Below are positions 16,908 to 27,793 of a DNA stretch of 64,000 nucleotides, one piece after another. The stretch's first letter is position 1. Each line of letters opens with the position of its first letter. The DNA is from a virus. Under the pieces are notes generated by a model that made no database searches, had not been told where the DNA came from, and saw only the letters and a list, made by a program, of their open reading frames with translations. The translations under genes were made by a program, and so were the position numbers. Location: IMG/VR virus record IMGVR_UViG_3300027659_000010. One strand, 5' to 3'.

Positions 16908-19900
16908 TATGTTCTCCCTACCGCTATTTCGACTAACCCAATATGATCTGAATCGTAGTTCTTGATGGCTTTGCCTACCACTGTACCTACTCGGATATCC
17001 CCGCTGGCAGCCACTGCCACACCTGCTATTCCTGAAGTCACTAATATGTCTCCTTTGCGTATTTTACCTACTACCTTGCATGGCACTCGTCCCTGCAGAG
17101 CAATTAAGTTTTTCAATCCCGGACAGGCTTCGTACATGGTGTAAGCAGCGGTGTTAGATACCACACCTGCTACCCTTGTATCATTTTTAACATTAGTGGT
17201 TGTGACTTCTTTGTCACCGCCAAACACCAATACTGTGCCTACTTCATATTGCTCGTCACCTTCATAGTTTTCTGCTAGGTCAGCTGCATAGGTGGCTTGG
17301 AATCTACTGGATCCTGTCAGTGACCAATAACCTGTAACATTACCGAGATTAGTGGCACCACCGGTGGTCAGTGTACCATTGTTGCCAACGTTGACACCTA
17401 TACAGGTCACTGTGCTGGTAGTGCTTATAACACCGTTAGAAGTTATAGCACCTACTGCAGTGATAGGAGCATTTGCACTGCCGTCTTTGTCCTTGAACTC
17501 ATGTGCATCATTCCTATAGGATATTTTGTTATTGCTGGCTGTTGCTGTGTCACTCTGTATGAATATTCCGCCTACTGTATTAAAACCATAGTACCTAATG
17601 TAGCCGCCAGACCCACTGGCCAGTGTGTCTATGGCAATGTTATTGTCAATTTTAAGGCTCTGAAGATCCACTGTCCTACCACCAAAATCTCCATTAGAAT
17701 CTCTAGCAATCAGTTCACTAGCTCCCACTGCCGAAGACGATCCCGCACTAGAGTTAATGACACCATAATCAATGTCTGCAGTGTTGCTGCCAGCACTGGT
17801 TCGTTTGAGAAATCCCACGCTGGAATATTGATTTTTCTTAATGGCTCCACCTTCGTCTACTACTGTGGTAAAGGCCACTGCACTGGGGTTGGCACTGGAT
17901 ACCGTTGAGTTTCCTACCAGTGTGTCTGGAGCCAGTTGAGCCAACTTGCTAATGGCGATCGCAGCACTAGCACTGACGTCCGCATTTACAATGCTGGTAG
18001 CTAGATTCAGTTTGGAATAGGCAATCGCAGCACTAGAGTTAATATCTGCGTCGACGATACTGTTGGCTAGATTTAATTTGCTATAAGCAATGGCCGCAGC
18101 AGCATTAACGTCTGTGTTGATAATTGCGCCTGCTACTATCTGTGCATCAACCTGATTCAGTGCAGAATCTACTCCTGGCGTAAGATTAAAGGTTATGTCG
18201 CCGATAACCGTGGTATTGATAGCGAAATCACCCGAGCCAGTGAATGCCAGAATATCTGCCGCCTTAGCATTTGTAACGGTAACATCTTGGAAATTATCAA
18301 AAGTCAAACTGCGTAGATTAACCACTTCCTGTGGATTTGTAGGATCCTGAAGGTCCGCAATCTTGTTGTTGGCCATGTTTATAGTGCCTTTCATAGCCAA
18401 GGTACCATTAAGAGCCAAGAAGCCGCCTGTCACTGAAGGAATTAATTGTCCGCTAGATACTGCCGATCCATCATGTTGCATGCCTAATCTACGTTCAATG
18501 TAGATACGTGCAGCATTTTCTGTAGGCACAGTGTCTGTGGCGTTGTCAGTGAATCCCGAATCAGTTGAGAATTCCGAAACGGGCACACCTCGTTTGAAAC
18601 CAATACCATCCAAGTTACTCAGAGCGATGCTGGCAGCAAAGGTCACTGTGCCCGTGCCTTGATCAACTCTAAAATATGGACCTACAGAAAAATTGCCGAA
18701 TTGATCGGTAGTAACATAAAACACACGACCAACATCACGTTCTTCTGTTTCTGTATCTGGGTTAATGGAATTAACACTTGGGCCGTAGATTTCTTTAGGA
18801 TAGTTGGTATCAGCATAGGAACCCGTGCCTATTTCTAAAAGGTCATGACTGGTTACACGAGTTAGAGAAATACGTATAGTTAAACTGCCTATAGCACCAT
18901 TGGTTCGTATAGGCACAGCACTTTTTGCACTGTAGCTAGAACCATAGGCAACGATGCTGTGCACCAACGGTTTGTTTAGATACACACGAGCAAAAATATC
19001 GTTAGTCACTGTCAGCGGATCGTACTGTGACACAATGTACTCTTCGCCTTTGAACATAAACTTAGAACCAGTGACTCTGCTGATACTTTGATCCGGTACA
19101 GCCACCACAGCGAATGTTGTATCGCCGGCTCTGCCCTGCACCCTGCTTACAGTATGAGTACCAGTCTGTGAACCAGCTGTAGCTATCCCACTTGCTGCTC
19201 CAGGTGATATTGCCAGGGTGAACGTATCAGGTGTTGGCGTAGATTGTACAAAATAGTTGATGTTTGCATTCAATCCGCCAGGCAATGTGCCTGTGGTTTT
19301 AAATCTAATAACATCGTCAACAGCAAAGCCGTGCGCAGTAGTAGTCACTACTCCAGGTGTAGCAATAGTTATTGTGGCATCCAGTTCCCCTCCAGCGACT
19401 GCTGTCATTGTGCCTGAAGCCGTGCTAAGAGTAACTGCGGCACCGCCTTGCGTGGCGCTGACAGTGATTTTAGAATCCGGAACCACACGACCTGCAGTAG
19501 CAGGAGTTGACGATATAGTTCCGCTTGATCCTGACGTATAGGTAAACGTAGTGGCATTGGTAACAGTGATAACCACTGCGTTGTCTGAATCTAATGCAGT
19601 ACTGGTTGTATTGATATCTACGGTCTGTCCAGAAGCCAATCCGTGATTCACTGATGTCACTATAGTAGCAGTAGTACCAGATCTCGCTACTGTAGCAATT
19701 GGAATGTTGGCACTAAATGGACTTGACAGAACGTAATATATAGTGCCGGCTGTGATACCACCGAATGTAGTACCTGAAAACACAACAGGCATGCCTGGCT
19801 TGACCTGATAACTGATGGTGCTGAGAGTAATTAAATTAGTGGTCACAGTGGTGTCTGTGGCAACTAAACTGTAGGTAGCTGCCACACCTGGTTGCCAAAC

Positions 19901-22900
19901 AGTCAATTCAACATAGTCGTAGTTTTCTCTGAGATTGGTCTTGGTAAGTCCTTCGTGCTTGAGACTGAATGTTCCCGATCCAGCAGAGCTTGTGTTGATC
20001 GCCGTGCCGTTTTTGGTTAAACTTATTTTAAACTCAGTATCAGTCAAGCCATCTGGCAGCACATAATATTCTTGTTCAGTCACTATGCCTGTAGGCAGTG
20101 ATCCAGCTGCGCTGACCAAAAAGCTGATGGTGTAATTTTCTATCAGCTTGTGTGTTTTTACACCTTGTATGGTTAGACCAGTACCGTTAGTTAGTGCTTG
20201 AACACTACCTCCGGGAGATGTGCTTACAGTGAACTGATTGTATTCTGGAACTGAGATTACATAATATGTAGTACCACTGATAAATCCATTGGCAGTGGAC
20301 GTAGGTATAAATTTATCGCCTAGTTTCAGTTTGTGATTTTGTGCCGTGGTGCACAGGCTGCTGTCGGTGATATCAGTGATTGTCAGCAATACCTTGATCA
20401 CTGCAGGAGAAGCATTGGTTATACTCACTGGGTATGGACCGTTCTCATCTTCCACAGCCGTAAACAGTAGAACACGATAAACCAATTCTCCAGTTTCACG
20501 AAGTTTTAGGCCAGTTGATGGTCTAACAGCTACATTTTCAAGTCCGCCAGTTAGTATCAGTTGTCCATTGTTCCTCAGGGTCATTACTGTGTTATCGGGT
20601 ACGATCGCAGATAGTCCTTCACTTTCTGCGGCTCCTGTGCCTGTGGTTAGATTTAGACGTACCACTCCTGCGGGGAAGGCATCTTCCTGTGTAACGCTGG
20701 TAACCGGATATTTAAAAATTCCTATACTTCCGCCGTGATCGACTTCTAGTTCTGACCCTCCATTCGGAAGATAGTCATATGCATAAACATAGATAAACAA
20801 CCCCTCGAACGTATTAAGGTAGGCACCTCCATCGTTATAACATTTTACTTTCTGGGCGAAGTCTTCAAACACACTGGTAGGGGTTGGTACTTCTAGTGGA
20901 TCGAATCCTTCTGCCACCAGGGCATAATTACCATGAGCACTGGATCCACCTACTGATCTGATCTGCGCACCATTGAGACTGTAGTAACTGATGTGGCAGT
21001 AGTAGGTGAACATGCTCACAGCTTCTACCAAGCCACCATTAGTGGCACATATGCCGTAGCCTAGATCGTTGATCTGTGTGAAGTCATTACACAACAATGA
21101 TCTATTACCTGGCATCAGTATTTCATAGATTCGTTGGAAGCTGTGGACACCCGAACCAGCACTGGTAGTAGCCAGTTTGGTAATCGTTGATGTCTGAACC
21201 ACACGTCCAGCTGGTTTAGGAACTTCTCCTATAGTACCAGTGGTATTAGATACGTAGGTAAATGTTGTGGGATTAATCACAGTGATAACCTGTGCATTAT
21301 CCCCATCTAGTACAGTAGCGGTATTATTAATATTAACTACAGATCCGCTGACTAATAGATGTGCAGTGGAACATACCACAGTGACTAAGGTGCCAATTCT
21401 TTCTACAGTAGCGATAGGAATTGTACTGCTAGGAGCAAACAACGACACTGTGATATTAAACGTGTTGTTGGTAATTCCATCCTCGACCACAAAATATTCC
21501 TGCCCAGCGACAATTCCGCCAGGCAGTGTGCCTGTGGTGCTAAACACTATAGTGGCGCCAGGTTGCAGTCTATGGTCTGCTCTGGTTATAACTGCCGGCG
21601 AAGCAAAACTAATGGTACAGGTCTGTGTGCCTGCTGCACGAGTAAATGGATTTGTGTCGTCTAATACAAGATTAGCAGTGGATCCAGCGGGATTATACAC
21701 AAAGTCTCTAACATAATTGACACGGAATACAGAATCATCTACCAAGAAAGAACAGGGCAGTTGAGGAAATCTATCCAGTCCCGACACCCCCAGTGTCAGA
21801 AAATCACCACTAGTGGTATTATGGCGGAACTGTAGGTTGCCCGTGAAGCCATCCACAAACATACCACCTGCAAACACTTGGCGATCTTTGCTTCTTGAGA
21901 ATGAAGCACATTCTTGGAAGTATGGAGATTTAGCTGAGATCTGACCGGTAGGATCCAAAACAGCCATAAATCCGCCATGCCCTTGTGCAGTAATAGCCTG
22001 CCAGCGCACCGCATCGTTGGCCAAGAACACATCCATTTCTTCGTTGTTTTTGGGTTGATTCACGCTGCCAAATCCTGGACCGCTTTCATCTATGATATCA
22101 TTGATGGCAATTATCAAACTGGCCACAACATTATCTGACCCCACTTCTGCTACAAAGGCTTGATCTATGATCTGCGGGAATACAGTATTATAGACTGTGG
22201 TGATCACTGTGTTGTCGATGACACTCTGCATCAATTGGTTTAGTTTAATCAAAACTTCTTGATACTGATCCAGCTGAGCAGTGATAGCGACTAACGCACT
22301 GTCACTCTGATAGTATTTTAATGCAGCACTAACCGTACGATTATATGAGCCATACTTAAGGTCAAATACTATGGAATCGACCAGCAGTCCTATATCACGC
22401 TCACATAGTGCTGAATTGTATTCAAAATTGAACCAGATAGACCCCGCAATGGCTGTGGCAATATTGTTGTTGATCCAAGCTACAATTTCTTTTTGTAAGA
22501 AAGTTCTATTGAGATCTAGTAGTGCAGCAGCAGCATCGTAGTTGCCTGGATTATTGATAGGTGGATATACTGGATCTTCAGTGTCTGACAGATAATGGTA
22601 TGCATACAATTTGGTCGCAGTGGGCAACCCATCTATGACTCTGTCTCTGCGAAATTTTTGAAACGCCCACGGACTTGAACTGATACCTGGTCGTGGTCTA
22701 AATATAACTCTTCGGAATTCATCTCCAACAATTGAACAGTTCTGTGGTACCTTTAACGGATAGTTTTCATAGTATTCACCGCTTTCAACTAGTATTGAAA
22801 TCTGTATGCTCTTACTGATGTCGCCATAACTGATTACTTCATCTATAACGAAGTTACCAAACTTGATGTCAACATCGAATATTTCATTGCCGTCGCTGTC

Positions 22901-24451
22901 TAGTGCCCCTGAATGTGTTAGTATCTGTGCCAATGCTCCTGAAGTTTCTCCTCTTAGGAAAAGGCCTTCACGGATATCTCTACCGCGTATGGCTTCGGGA
23001 GTGTTGGTTAATACATCGCCAGTGAAGTCAGTACGGAATCCGTCAGTGCGGATTCTGAATCTTGGAAGACTGACGTCTAATGTAGGTGTAGAAACAAATC
23101 CAGTTCCCTTGTCTGTGATAGTGATACTGGTAATAACTCCACTGGTAACCACAGCAGTACCAAATGCGCCTGATCCACTACCTCCTGTGACACGCACAGA
23201 CACTAGACTATACCCTGTACCACCATTGGTGATGGCAACAGAAGCTACTTTGTAAGTGAGATTAAAAGTGGCGCCAACACCAATGGAACCAACACCTGGG
23301 GGTGCTGCAGATGTCGAGATAGTCGTGGTCACAGCCACAGAACCAGGTAATGTGGCTGCTACATATACTCCAGAAGATATTATTCTAAACGTGTTAATAG
23401 CACCAGGTGTGCTCAAGGTAGTTAAAACTTGTATGGTGGCTATACTTGTACCGACGCCTCCGATAACGGATAATATGTCACCTGGATAATAGTTTGTGCC
23501 TACACCATTAAGTTCGGCAGTATCTATGCTCATACTCAACACGCCGACAAATCCTGAACCTGAACCAGGTGCTACACCTATGCCATCTAAGGTACAGGTT
23601 CCTGCACCTCCGTTAAATGTCAGGATCTTTTTGTAAGGTCCAATTTCTGCAGGACCTTCTAGAACCAATTCTTCAGCACGTTTTAGCGCAGCTTCTAGTG
23701 TTCTGTATGCATAGGCCAACGCTCGTCCCTGCAGAGCTTTGGAAACACCGGGTCTATCATCAGCACCGCTGAGAGCCACATAGAGATTTACTGTGCTGCC
23801 AAACGCAGACGAATCCACATACTGTTTGGTGGCTGCGATCAATCCACCGTACAATAGGTCATCATCGGGTTCTGGACTGCGTGACAAAATAAGAGGCCCA
23901 CTCATGGTGCCGAACGATCCGTCCACTAGTCCTGTTTCGGTGTTAACAGTCTCTGTGCCTGCTCGAGATATCTTCGAATCTGTATAGGCTTTATTCACTA
24001 ATTCATGTTTATAGATAGGACTCAGTGGTGCTATATTAATACCAGCATCGAATATACGATATTGATTACCGCCCGACCGCATGGATAGATCACCGCCTAG
24101 CTGCGGTGAAGAATCAGCTACGATTTCTGAAAATTCACTGTTGATGATAATTTCATTGGGATTTGTAGTAAAGTCTATGCTGACTCCTGAGCCAGCTGCC
24201 AACCTCTTAAAGGCCAATCCCGACTCAGTGTTATTGACTGTGAGTAATGGTGTTGATCCAGTCGCGGGATCATTCTGACCAACATATGCTTGGGGGGTGT
24301 CATCTAGGCCGATAAAAGTGAGATTTTCACCTAGCCCTAGAGAACTGTAAAGTTCACGAAAGTTGTCGTTAACCTTGCGGAACGAATCTCTTATGCTATC
24401 ACCGGTGCCGTCATTGCCGATAGCACCAATATCAATTGTCTTTCTTGCCAT
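16907..24451 (-). CDS. giant tail fibre/spike protein (~2510 aa) with C-terminal peptidase G2-like intramolecular chaperone
   Basis: Start MARKTIDIG..NDGTGDSIRDSF at 24451 with AGGA SD (track start 24493). GEYYE..PLKVP..SIVGD pectin-lyase-type motif; H.L..G..F...YYV repeats; C-terminal ADLAENY..GTVL..VAGVVS..IALQGRVPCKV..KGDILVTS. Confidence 0.8.
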   Translation of the reverse strand: MARKTIDIGAIGNDGTGDSIRDSFRKVNDNFRELYSSLGLGENLTFIGLDDTPQAYVGQNDPATGSTPLLTVNNTESGLAFKRLAAGSGVSIDFTTNPNEIIINSEFSEIVADSSPQLGGDLSMRSGGNQYRIFDAGINIAPLSPIYKHELVNKAYTDSKISRAGTETVNTETGLVDGSFGTMSGPLILSRSPEPDDDLLYGGLIAATKQYVDSSAFGSTVNLYVALSGADDRPGVSKALQGRALAYAYRTLEAALKRAEELVLEGPAEIGPYKKILTFNGGAGTCTLDGIGVAPGSGSGFVGVLSMSIDTAELNGVGTNYYPGDILSVIGGVGTSIATIQVLTTLSTPGAINTFRIISSGVYVAATLPGSVAVTTTISTSAAPPGVGSIGVGATFNLTYKVASVAITNGGTGYSLVSVRVTGGSGSGAFGTAVVTSGVITSITITDKGTGFVSTPTLDVSLPRFRIRTDGFRTDFTGDVLTNTPEAIRGRDIREGLFLRGETSGALAQILTHSGALDSDGNEIFDVDIKFGNFVIDEVISYGDISKSIQISILVESGEYYENYPLKVPQNCSIVGDEFRRVIFRPRPGISSSPWAFQKFRRDRVIDGLPTATKLYAYHYLSDTEDPVYPPINNPGNYDAAAALLDLNRTFLQKEIVAWINNNIATAIAGSIWFNFEYNSALCERDIGLLVDSIVFDLKYGSYNRTVSAALKYYQSDSALVAITAQLDQYQEVLIKLNQLMQSVIDNTVITTVYNTVFPQIIDQAFVAEVGSDNVVASLIIAINDIIDESGPGFGSVNQPKNNEEMDVFLANDAVRWQAITAQGHGGFMAVLDPTGQISAKSPYFQECASFSRSKDRQVFAGGMFVDGFTGNLQFRHNTTSGDFLTLGVSGLDRFPQLPCSFLVDDSVFRVNYVRDFVYNPAGSTANLVLDDTNPFTRAAGTQTCTISFASPAVITRADHRLQPGATIVFSTTGTLPGGIVAGQEYFVVEDGITNNTFNITVSLFAPSSTIPIATVERIGTLVTVVCSTAHLLVSGSVVNINNTATVLDGDNAQVITVINPTTFTYVSNTTGTIGEVPKPAGRVVQTSTITKLATTSAGSGVHSFQRIYEILMPGNRSLLCNDFTQINDLGYGICATNGGLVEAVSMFTYYCHISYYSLNGAQIRSVGGSSAHGNYALVAEGFDPLEVPTPTSVFEDFAQKVKCYNDGGAYLNTFEGLFIYVYAYDYLPNGGSELEVDHGGSIGIFKYPVTSVTQEDAFPAGVVRLNLTTGTGAAESEGLSAIVPDNTVMTLRNNGQLILTGGLENVAVRPSTGLKLRETGELVYRVLLFTAVEDENGPYPVSITNASPAVIKVLLTITDITDSSLCTTAQNHKLKLGDKFIPTSTANGFISGTTYYVISVPEYNQFTVSTSPGGSVQALTNGTGLTIQGVKTHKLIENYTISFLVSAAGSLPTGIVTEQEYYVLPDGLTDTEFKISLTKNGTAINTSSAGSGTFSLKHEGLTKTNLRENYDYVELTVWQPGVAATYSLVATDTTVTTNLITLSTISYQVKPGMPVVFSGTTFGGITAGTIYYVLSSPFSANIPIATVARSGTTATIVTSVNHGLASGQTVDINTTSTALDSDNAVVITVTNATTFTYTSGSSGTISSTPATAGRVVPDSKITVSATQGGAAVTLSTASGTMTAVAGGELDATITIATPGVVTTTAHGFAVDDVIRFKTTGTLPGGLNANINYFVQSTPTPDTFTLAISPGAASGIATAGSQTGTHTVSRVQGRAGDTTFAVVAVPDQSISRVTGSKFMFKGEEYIVSQYDPLTVTNDIFARVYLNKPLVHSIVAYGSSYSAKSAVPIRTNGAIGSLTIRISLTRVTSHDLLEIGTGSYADTNYPKEIYGPSVNSINPDTETEERDVGRVFYVTTDQFGNFSVGPYFRVDQGTGTVTFAASIALSNLDGIGFKRGVPVSEFSTDSGFTDNATDTVPTENAARIYIERRLGMQHDGSAVSSGQLIPSVTGGFLALNGTLAMKGTINMANNKIADLQDPTNPQEVVNLRSLTFDNFQDVTVTNAKAADILAFTGSGDFAINTTVIGDITFNLTPGVDSALNQVDAQIVAGAIINTDVNAAAAIAYSKLNLANSIVDADINSSAAIAYSKLNLATSIVNADVSASAAIAISKLAQLAPDTLVGNSTVSSANPSAVAFTTVVDEGGAIKKNQYSSVGFLKRTSAGSNTADIDYGVINSSAGSSSAVGASELIARDSNGDFGGRTVDLQSLKIDNNIAIDTLASGSGGYIRYYGFNTVGGIFIQSDTATASNNKISYRNDAHEFKDKDGSANAPITAVGAITSNGVISTTSTVTCIGVNVGNNGTLTTGGATNLGNVTGYWSLTGSSRFQATYAADLAENYEGDEQYEVGTVLVFGGDKEVTTTNVKNDTRVAGVVSNTAAYTMYEACPGLKNLIALQGRVPCKVVGKIRKGDILVTSGIAGVAVAASGDIRVGTVVGKAIKNYDSDHIGLVEIAVGRT

Positions 24452-24519
24452 AGTTTTTCCTAGGATTAGCAGTTGCTGAGTATATTTATCCAAAAATTTT
24501 ATAAGCCTAATGTAAATAC

Positions 24520-24810
24520 ATGATGTTCATCAAAACAGAAATCCAACAGAATCATTATGTTAGGCTCAGTAAACTAGGACATAGGCATGAGTATGTGAGA
24601 AACAAAACCGCAGTGATTCTGAGATGCGACAGCTGTGATCGGGAATTTGCTCGAGATCTCAAACACATAGATAGGAAACGTCTCAGCAACAACTATTTCC
24701 ACTGTTGTGCTGACTGTGATGCTAAAAAATTTGCCCAGAGAATAGGAGTAGAACAGAAACAGATCTGGGATATGCCCGCGAGCATTACTCTGCCCGTAGG
24801 CAAGTACTAA
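24520..24810 (+). CDS. Zn-finger hypothetical protein
   Basis: CDSC...HCCADC motifs; TAAATA box directly upstream. Confidence 0.7.
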   Translation: MMFIKTEIQQNHYVRLSKLGHRHEYVRNKTAVILRCDSCDREFARDLKHIDRKRLSNNYFHCCADCDAKKFAQRIGVEQKQIWDMPASITLPVGKY

Positions 24811-24834
24811 ATATTAGTCCAAGGAGAATTCAAA

Positions 24835-25140
24835 ATGGAAATCTTATTAGCGATTGCAGTGGTAGCGGTTATCGGTGCTCTTTTGTATTTTAACAGAAGT
24901 TCCAAGAGTCTTGATGTAAACAATGACGGTAAGGTAGACGTTTCTGATGCAAAGACTGCTGTTCAGAATGCGGTAGAGGGTGTCAAAACTGTCGCTGACA
25001 TAAACAAGGACGGAGTGGTAGATTCTGCTGACGCTGCTGTGGTTGTGGAACAGGCTAAAACAGCAGTGAAGAAGGCAGCTACAAAAACTAAAACTGCTGT
25101 TAAGAAAGCAACAGGTCGCGGTGGTAAGCCACAGGCATAG
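24835..25140 (+). CDS. membrane-anchored EF-hand/dockerin-like protein with Lys/Ala tail
   Basis: N-terminal TM, two DxNxDGxVD loops, AAGGAG SD. Confidence 0.7.
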   Translation: MEILLAIAVVAVIGALLYFNRSSKSLDVNNDGKVDVSDAKTAVQNAVEGVKTVADINKDGVVDSADAAVVVEQAKTAVKKAATKTKTAVKKATGRGGKPQA

Positions 25141-26161
25141 TAGTAATTTTTTTGGCCTGTTCGTAGAGTGCGAAGCTGGCTAGATTTTTGGCCTTGCTTT
25201 CGCACATGATATCGAATTGGTCTCTGAAGGTCAACGCCCACTCATTGACCGCAGTGTTCCAATAGAATTCACTGTGTGCCCGCAGTTTGGCTTTCTTGTA
25301 GCCTGCTTCTAAGAGGGTCGGAAGATCGGGGCGGTGGTGTCCGGGATGAGCAATAAGGCAGTCTTCCCGTGATACACTATAATGTATGACAGGGCGCACA
25401 CCACGCCAACTATCAATAATCCCTTTAACACGGTTGTCAGTGCTTTCAATATATTCTCCAGTTTTAATCCAATGGTGATGTATGTCTAAGACCAATGCAC
25501 AGTCCTTGACCAGTTCAAGGCTGTGTTCGATGCCCCAGGTCATTTCATCGTTTTCTATGGTAAGACAATTGCGAGCCTCGGGAGTCATCCGTGCCAAAGC
25601 ACTACGGATACCGGCTGGGCCTTGTCGGCCAGCGATATGCACATTGATCTTAAAGTCTTGAAACGTTTTACCAAACCCCATCCAGCGAGCCATGTCCACA
25701 TGATATTCAAACTCCTCTATACTACGATCAACAATATCGGGATTATCAGATGCCAGCACAGTAAACTGGCCAGGGTGAAAACTGAGACGAACACCACGAT
25801 CTCTAGCAATACGCCCCACCTCAGCAAAATGCTGTTGGGCATATGCGACCACATGGCCTTGACGCCAAAACCAGCTGTAATTACGCTCAGTATAAACAGG
25901 CAGCACATCACTGCCAATACGCACCATGCGAAGTTCGTCATCTAAGGTACCTACTCTTTCTACAAGTTTGCGAACTGATTCAATGTTTCTTACCATGAGA
26001 TCCCATAGTCTCTGTTCTGCTACATCAGCAGTCTGACGTTTAAGCCATGCCACGGTAGTCGACCCTGTATTGAGATCACGGTCTCGAGCATTGATTTTCA
26101 TTCCGTCAACTTCGGAAGGATCGTTGATCCATTTGCAGGCAAAGCCTATACGTTTAGTCAT
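25100..26161 (-). CDS. uvsE: UV damage endonuclease
   Basis: RIGFAC, RLSFHPGQFTVLAS, TIENDE, LDIHHH, HYS, AHS, IMCESKAK. Confidence 0.92.
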   Translation of the reverse strand: MTKRIGFACKWINDPSEVDGMKINARDRDLNTGSTTVAWLKRQTADVAEQRLWDLMVRNIESVRKLVERVGTLDDELRMVRIGSDVLPVYTERNYSWFWRQGHVVAYAQQHFAEVGRIARDRGVRLSFHPGQFTVLASDNPDIVDRSIEEFEYHVDMARWMGFGKTFQDFKINVHIAGRQGPAGIRSALARMTPEARNCLTIENDEMTWGIEHSLELVKDCALVLDIHHHWIKTGEYIESTDNRVKGIIDSWRGVRPVIHYSVSREDCLIAHPGHHRPDLPTLLEAGYKKAKLRAHSEFYWNTAVNEWALTFRDQFDIMCESKAKNLASFALYEQAKKITTMPVAYHRDLLLS

Positions 26162-26167
26162 ACTACG

Positions 26168-26196
26168 AGTATAACATCATCACTGCCAGTTGTCAA
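26168..26196 (-). promoter_or_regulatory. sigma70-type promoter of uvsE (leaderless)
   Basis: TTGACA-17nt-TATACT; predicted +1 falls on ATG 26161. Confidence 0.7.
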
Positions 26197-26980
26197 CAAC
26201 AAACTTATCCTGAACCGCACAGGGATTTGGATCACCGTGGAACACCGCCACTGAGCATTCTGGATCGGGTCTAACATCATTGCGAACGGTGGCGAATGTG
26301 CGTTTGCCGTTGTTCATTGTGAGTTCACTGCGATTGCGGATTTCCCATTTATAACTCATGATCCATTCTTTAGGCCAAAATTTTATCGCACCTTGGCACA
26401 ACTTCCAAATCCAATCCTGATCTCCCTGCAGTCGTTGTGCATCTCTGGGATTGTTTTGGAATTGACTCCAGATATGACTCTGTGTGCCATGATCCCAAGC
26501 CATCACAGAGCTGTTTAGATATCGCCATGATGCATAGAATTTTCTGTTGAAATCATGTATGCCTATGAATTGTCCGGGACAATATACCGTGAGTTTGTCT
26601 ATGTTGGCATGGATGACTACATCTAAATCAAAATATAATATTCGGCCTTTCAAGGGTAGATTGGGATCAAACATATGTACCTTGTGCCACCATCCTCGAG
26701 GATAGTTGGCATTGGGTTGGACGATGCTGCGAACACCTTGTATAGGATGTTGATCATCAGTGAGACACACCAGTTCATAAGGCACAGTAATATGCCTTGC
26801 TATCATGTTGCGTAGTCTTTCTACGTATTCACGACTGTACTTATTACCAAACCTCACACACAGGATAGTGATCTTGGTATTGGGATCGAGATTGGCCACT
26901 ATGGCTGCATATTGATGTGCGGCTTTAGAGGCTTTGGCCTCTCGTTTAATCCTTTTACGTTCTTGTTTTGACAATTCCAT
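26180..26980 (-). CDS. GT-A fold glycosyltransferase-like protein
   Basis: CLTDD, GWWHK, YFDLDVVI (DxD), NSSVM, GDQDWI, FHGDPNP. Confidence 0.75.
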   Translation of the reverse strand: MELSKQERKRIKREAKASKAAHQYAAIVANLDPNTKITILCVRFGNKYSREYVERLRNMIARHITVPYELVCLTDDQHPIQGVRSIVQPNANYPRGWWHKVHMFDPNLPLKGRILYFDLDVVIHANIDKLTVYCPGQFIGIHDFNRKFYASWRYLNSSVMAWDHGTQSHIWSQFQNNPRDAQRLQGDQDWIWKLCQGAIKFWPKEWIMSYKWEIRNRSELTMNNGKRTFATVRNDVRPDPECSVAVFHGDPNPCAVQDKFVVDNWQ

Positions 26981-27785
26981 CTATGGCAACCAAGTCTTCT
27001 AATAGCTGTTTTAACTGATTCAATGGAATCATGTTAGGTCCATCTGAGGGAGCTGAATCAGGATCTTCATGTGTTTCTACAAATACACCTGCAACACATC
27101 CTGTGGCTACAGCAGCCCTCGCCAGGTACGGGACCATGGTCCTATCGCCTCCTGACTTCGACCCCAATCCTCCAGGTTGTTGCACACTATGAGTGGCATC
27201 AAAGACCACTGGATAGCCGGTGCTTGCCATAATGGGTAGGCTGCGCATATCCACAACGAGATTATTGTATCCATGAGTGTATCCTCTTTCACATAACATG
27301 ATGCGTTCATTACCAGTTGAGGCAATCTTCGCTGCAACGTTTTTCATATCTTGGGGAGCAAGAAACTGACCTTTTTTAACATTGATAGCACACCCGGTAG
27401 CACCTGCTGCCAACAACAGATCAGTCTGTCTGCAGAGAAATGCAGGTATTTGTATGACATCTATTCCTGCATCTGAGACCAATTGTGCCTGATAGCTTTC
27501 GTGTATGTCAGTGAGCACAGGTATGCCCAACGAATGTTTGACGCTGTTAAGGATTTTTAAACCATCGTCTATGCCGATGCCGCGTTGGGTACCTAGGCTG
27601 GATCTATTGGCTTTATCAAAGCTGCTTTTATAGACTAAATCGATATCTAGATCATCGCAGATTTCTTTTATGACACCAGCGGTATGCTCTGCATGTGTTT
27701 GGCTTTCTATCTGGCAAGGACCAGCGATTAGGAATATTTTGTTTTCGTTGCTGGCAACGATCCTGTTTATGGCAAATATACGCAT
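26955..27785 (-). CDS. kdsA: KDO-8-phosphate synthase
   Basis: LIAGPCQIES, KSSFDKANRSS, QIPAFLCRQTDLL, KKGQFL, CERG, DATHSVQQPG, SDGPN; start at ATG 27785 (track 27800). Confidence 0.95.
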   Translation of the reverse strand: MRIFAINRIVASNENKIFLIAGPCQIESQTHAEHTAGVIKEICDDLDIDLVYKSSFDKANRSSLGTQRGIGIDDGLKILNSVKHSLGIPVLTDIHESYQAQLVSDAGIDVIQIPAFLCRQTDLLLAAGATGCAINVKKGQFLAPQDMKNVAAKIASTGNERIMLCERGYTHGYNNLVVDMRSLPIMASTGYPVVFDATHSVQQPGGLGSKSGGDRTMVPYLARAAVATGCVAGVFVETHEDPDSAPSDGPNMIPLNQLKQLLEDLVAIDGIVKTRT

Positions 27786-27793
27786 AAAACTAT

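Noticed and set aside
15922-16965. 347-aa plus-strand ORF
   Set aside because: Antisense shadow of the Gly/Thr/Ser-rich tail-fibre gene; no motifs or SD.
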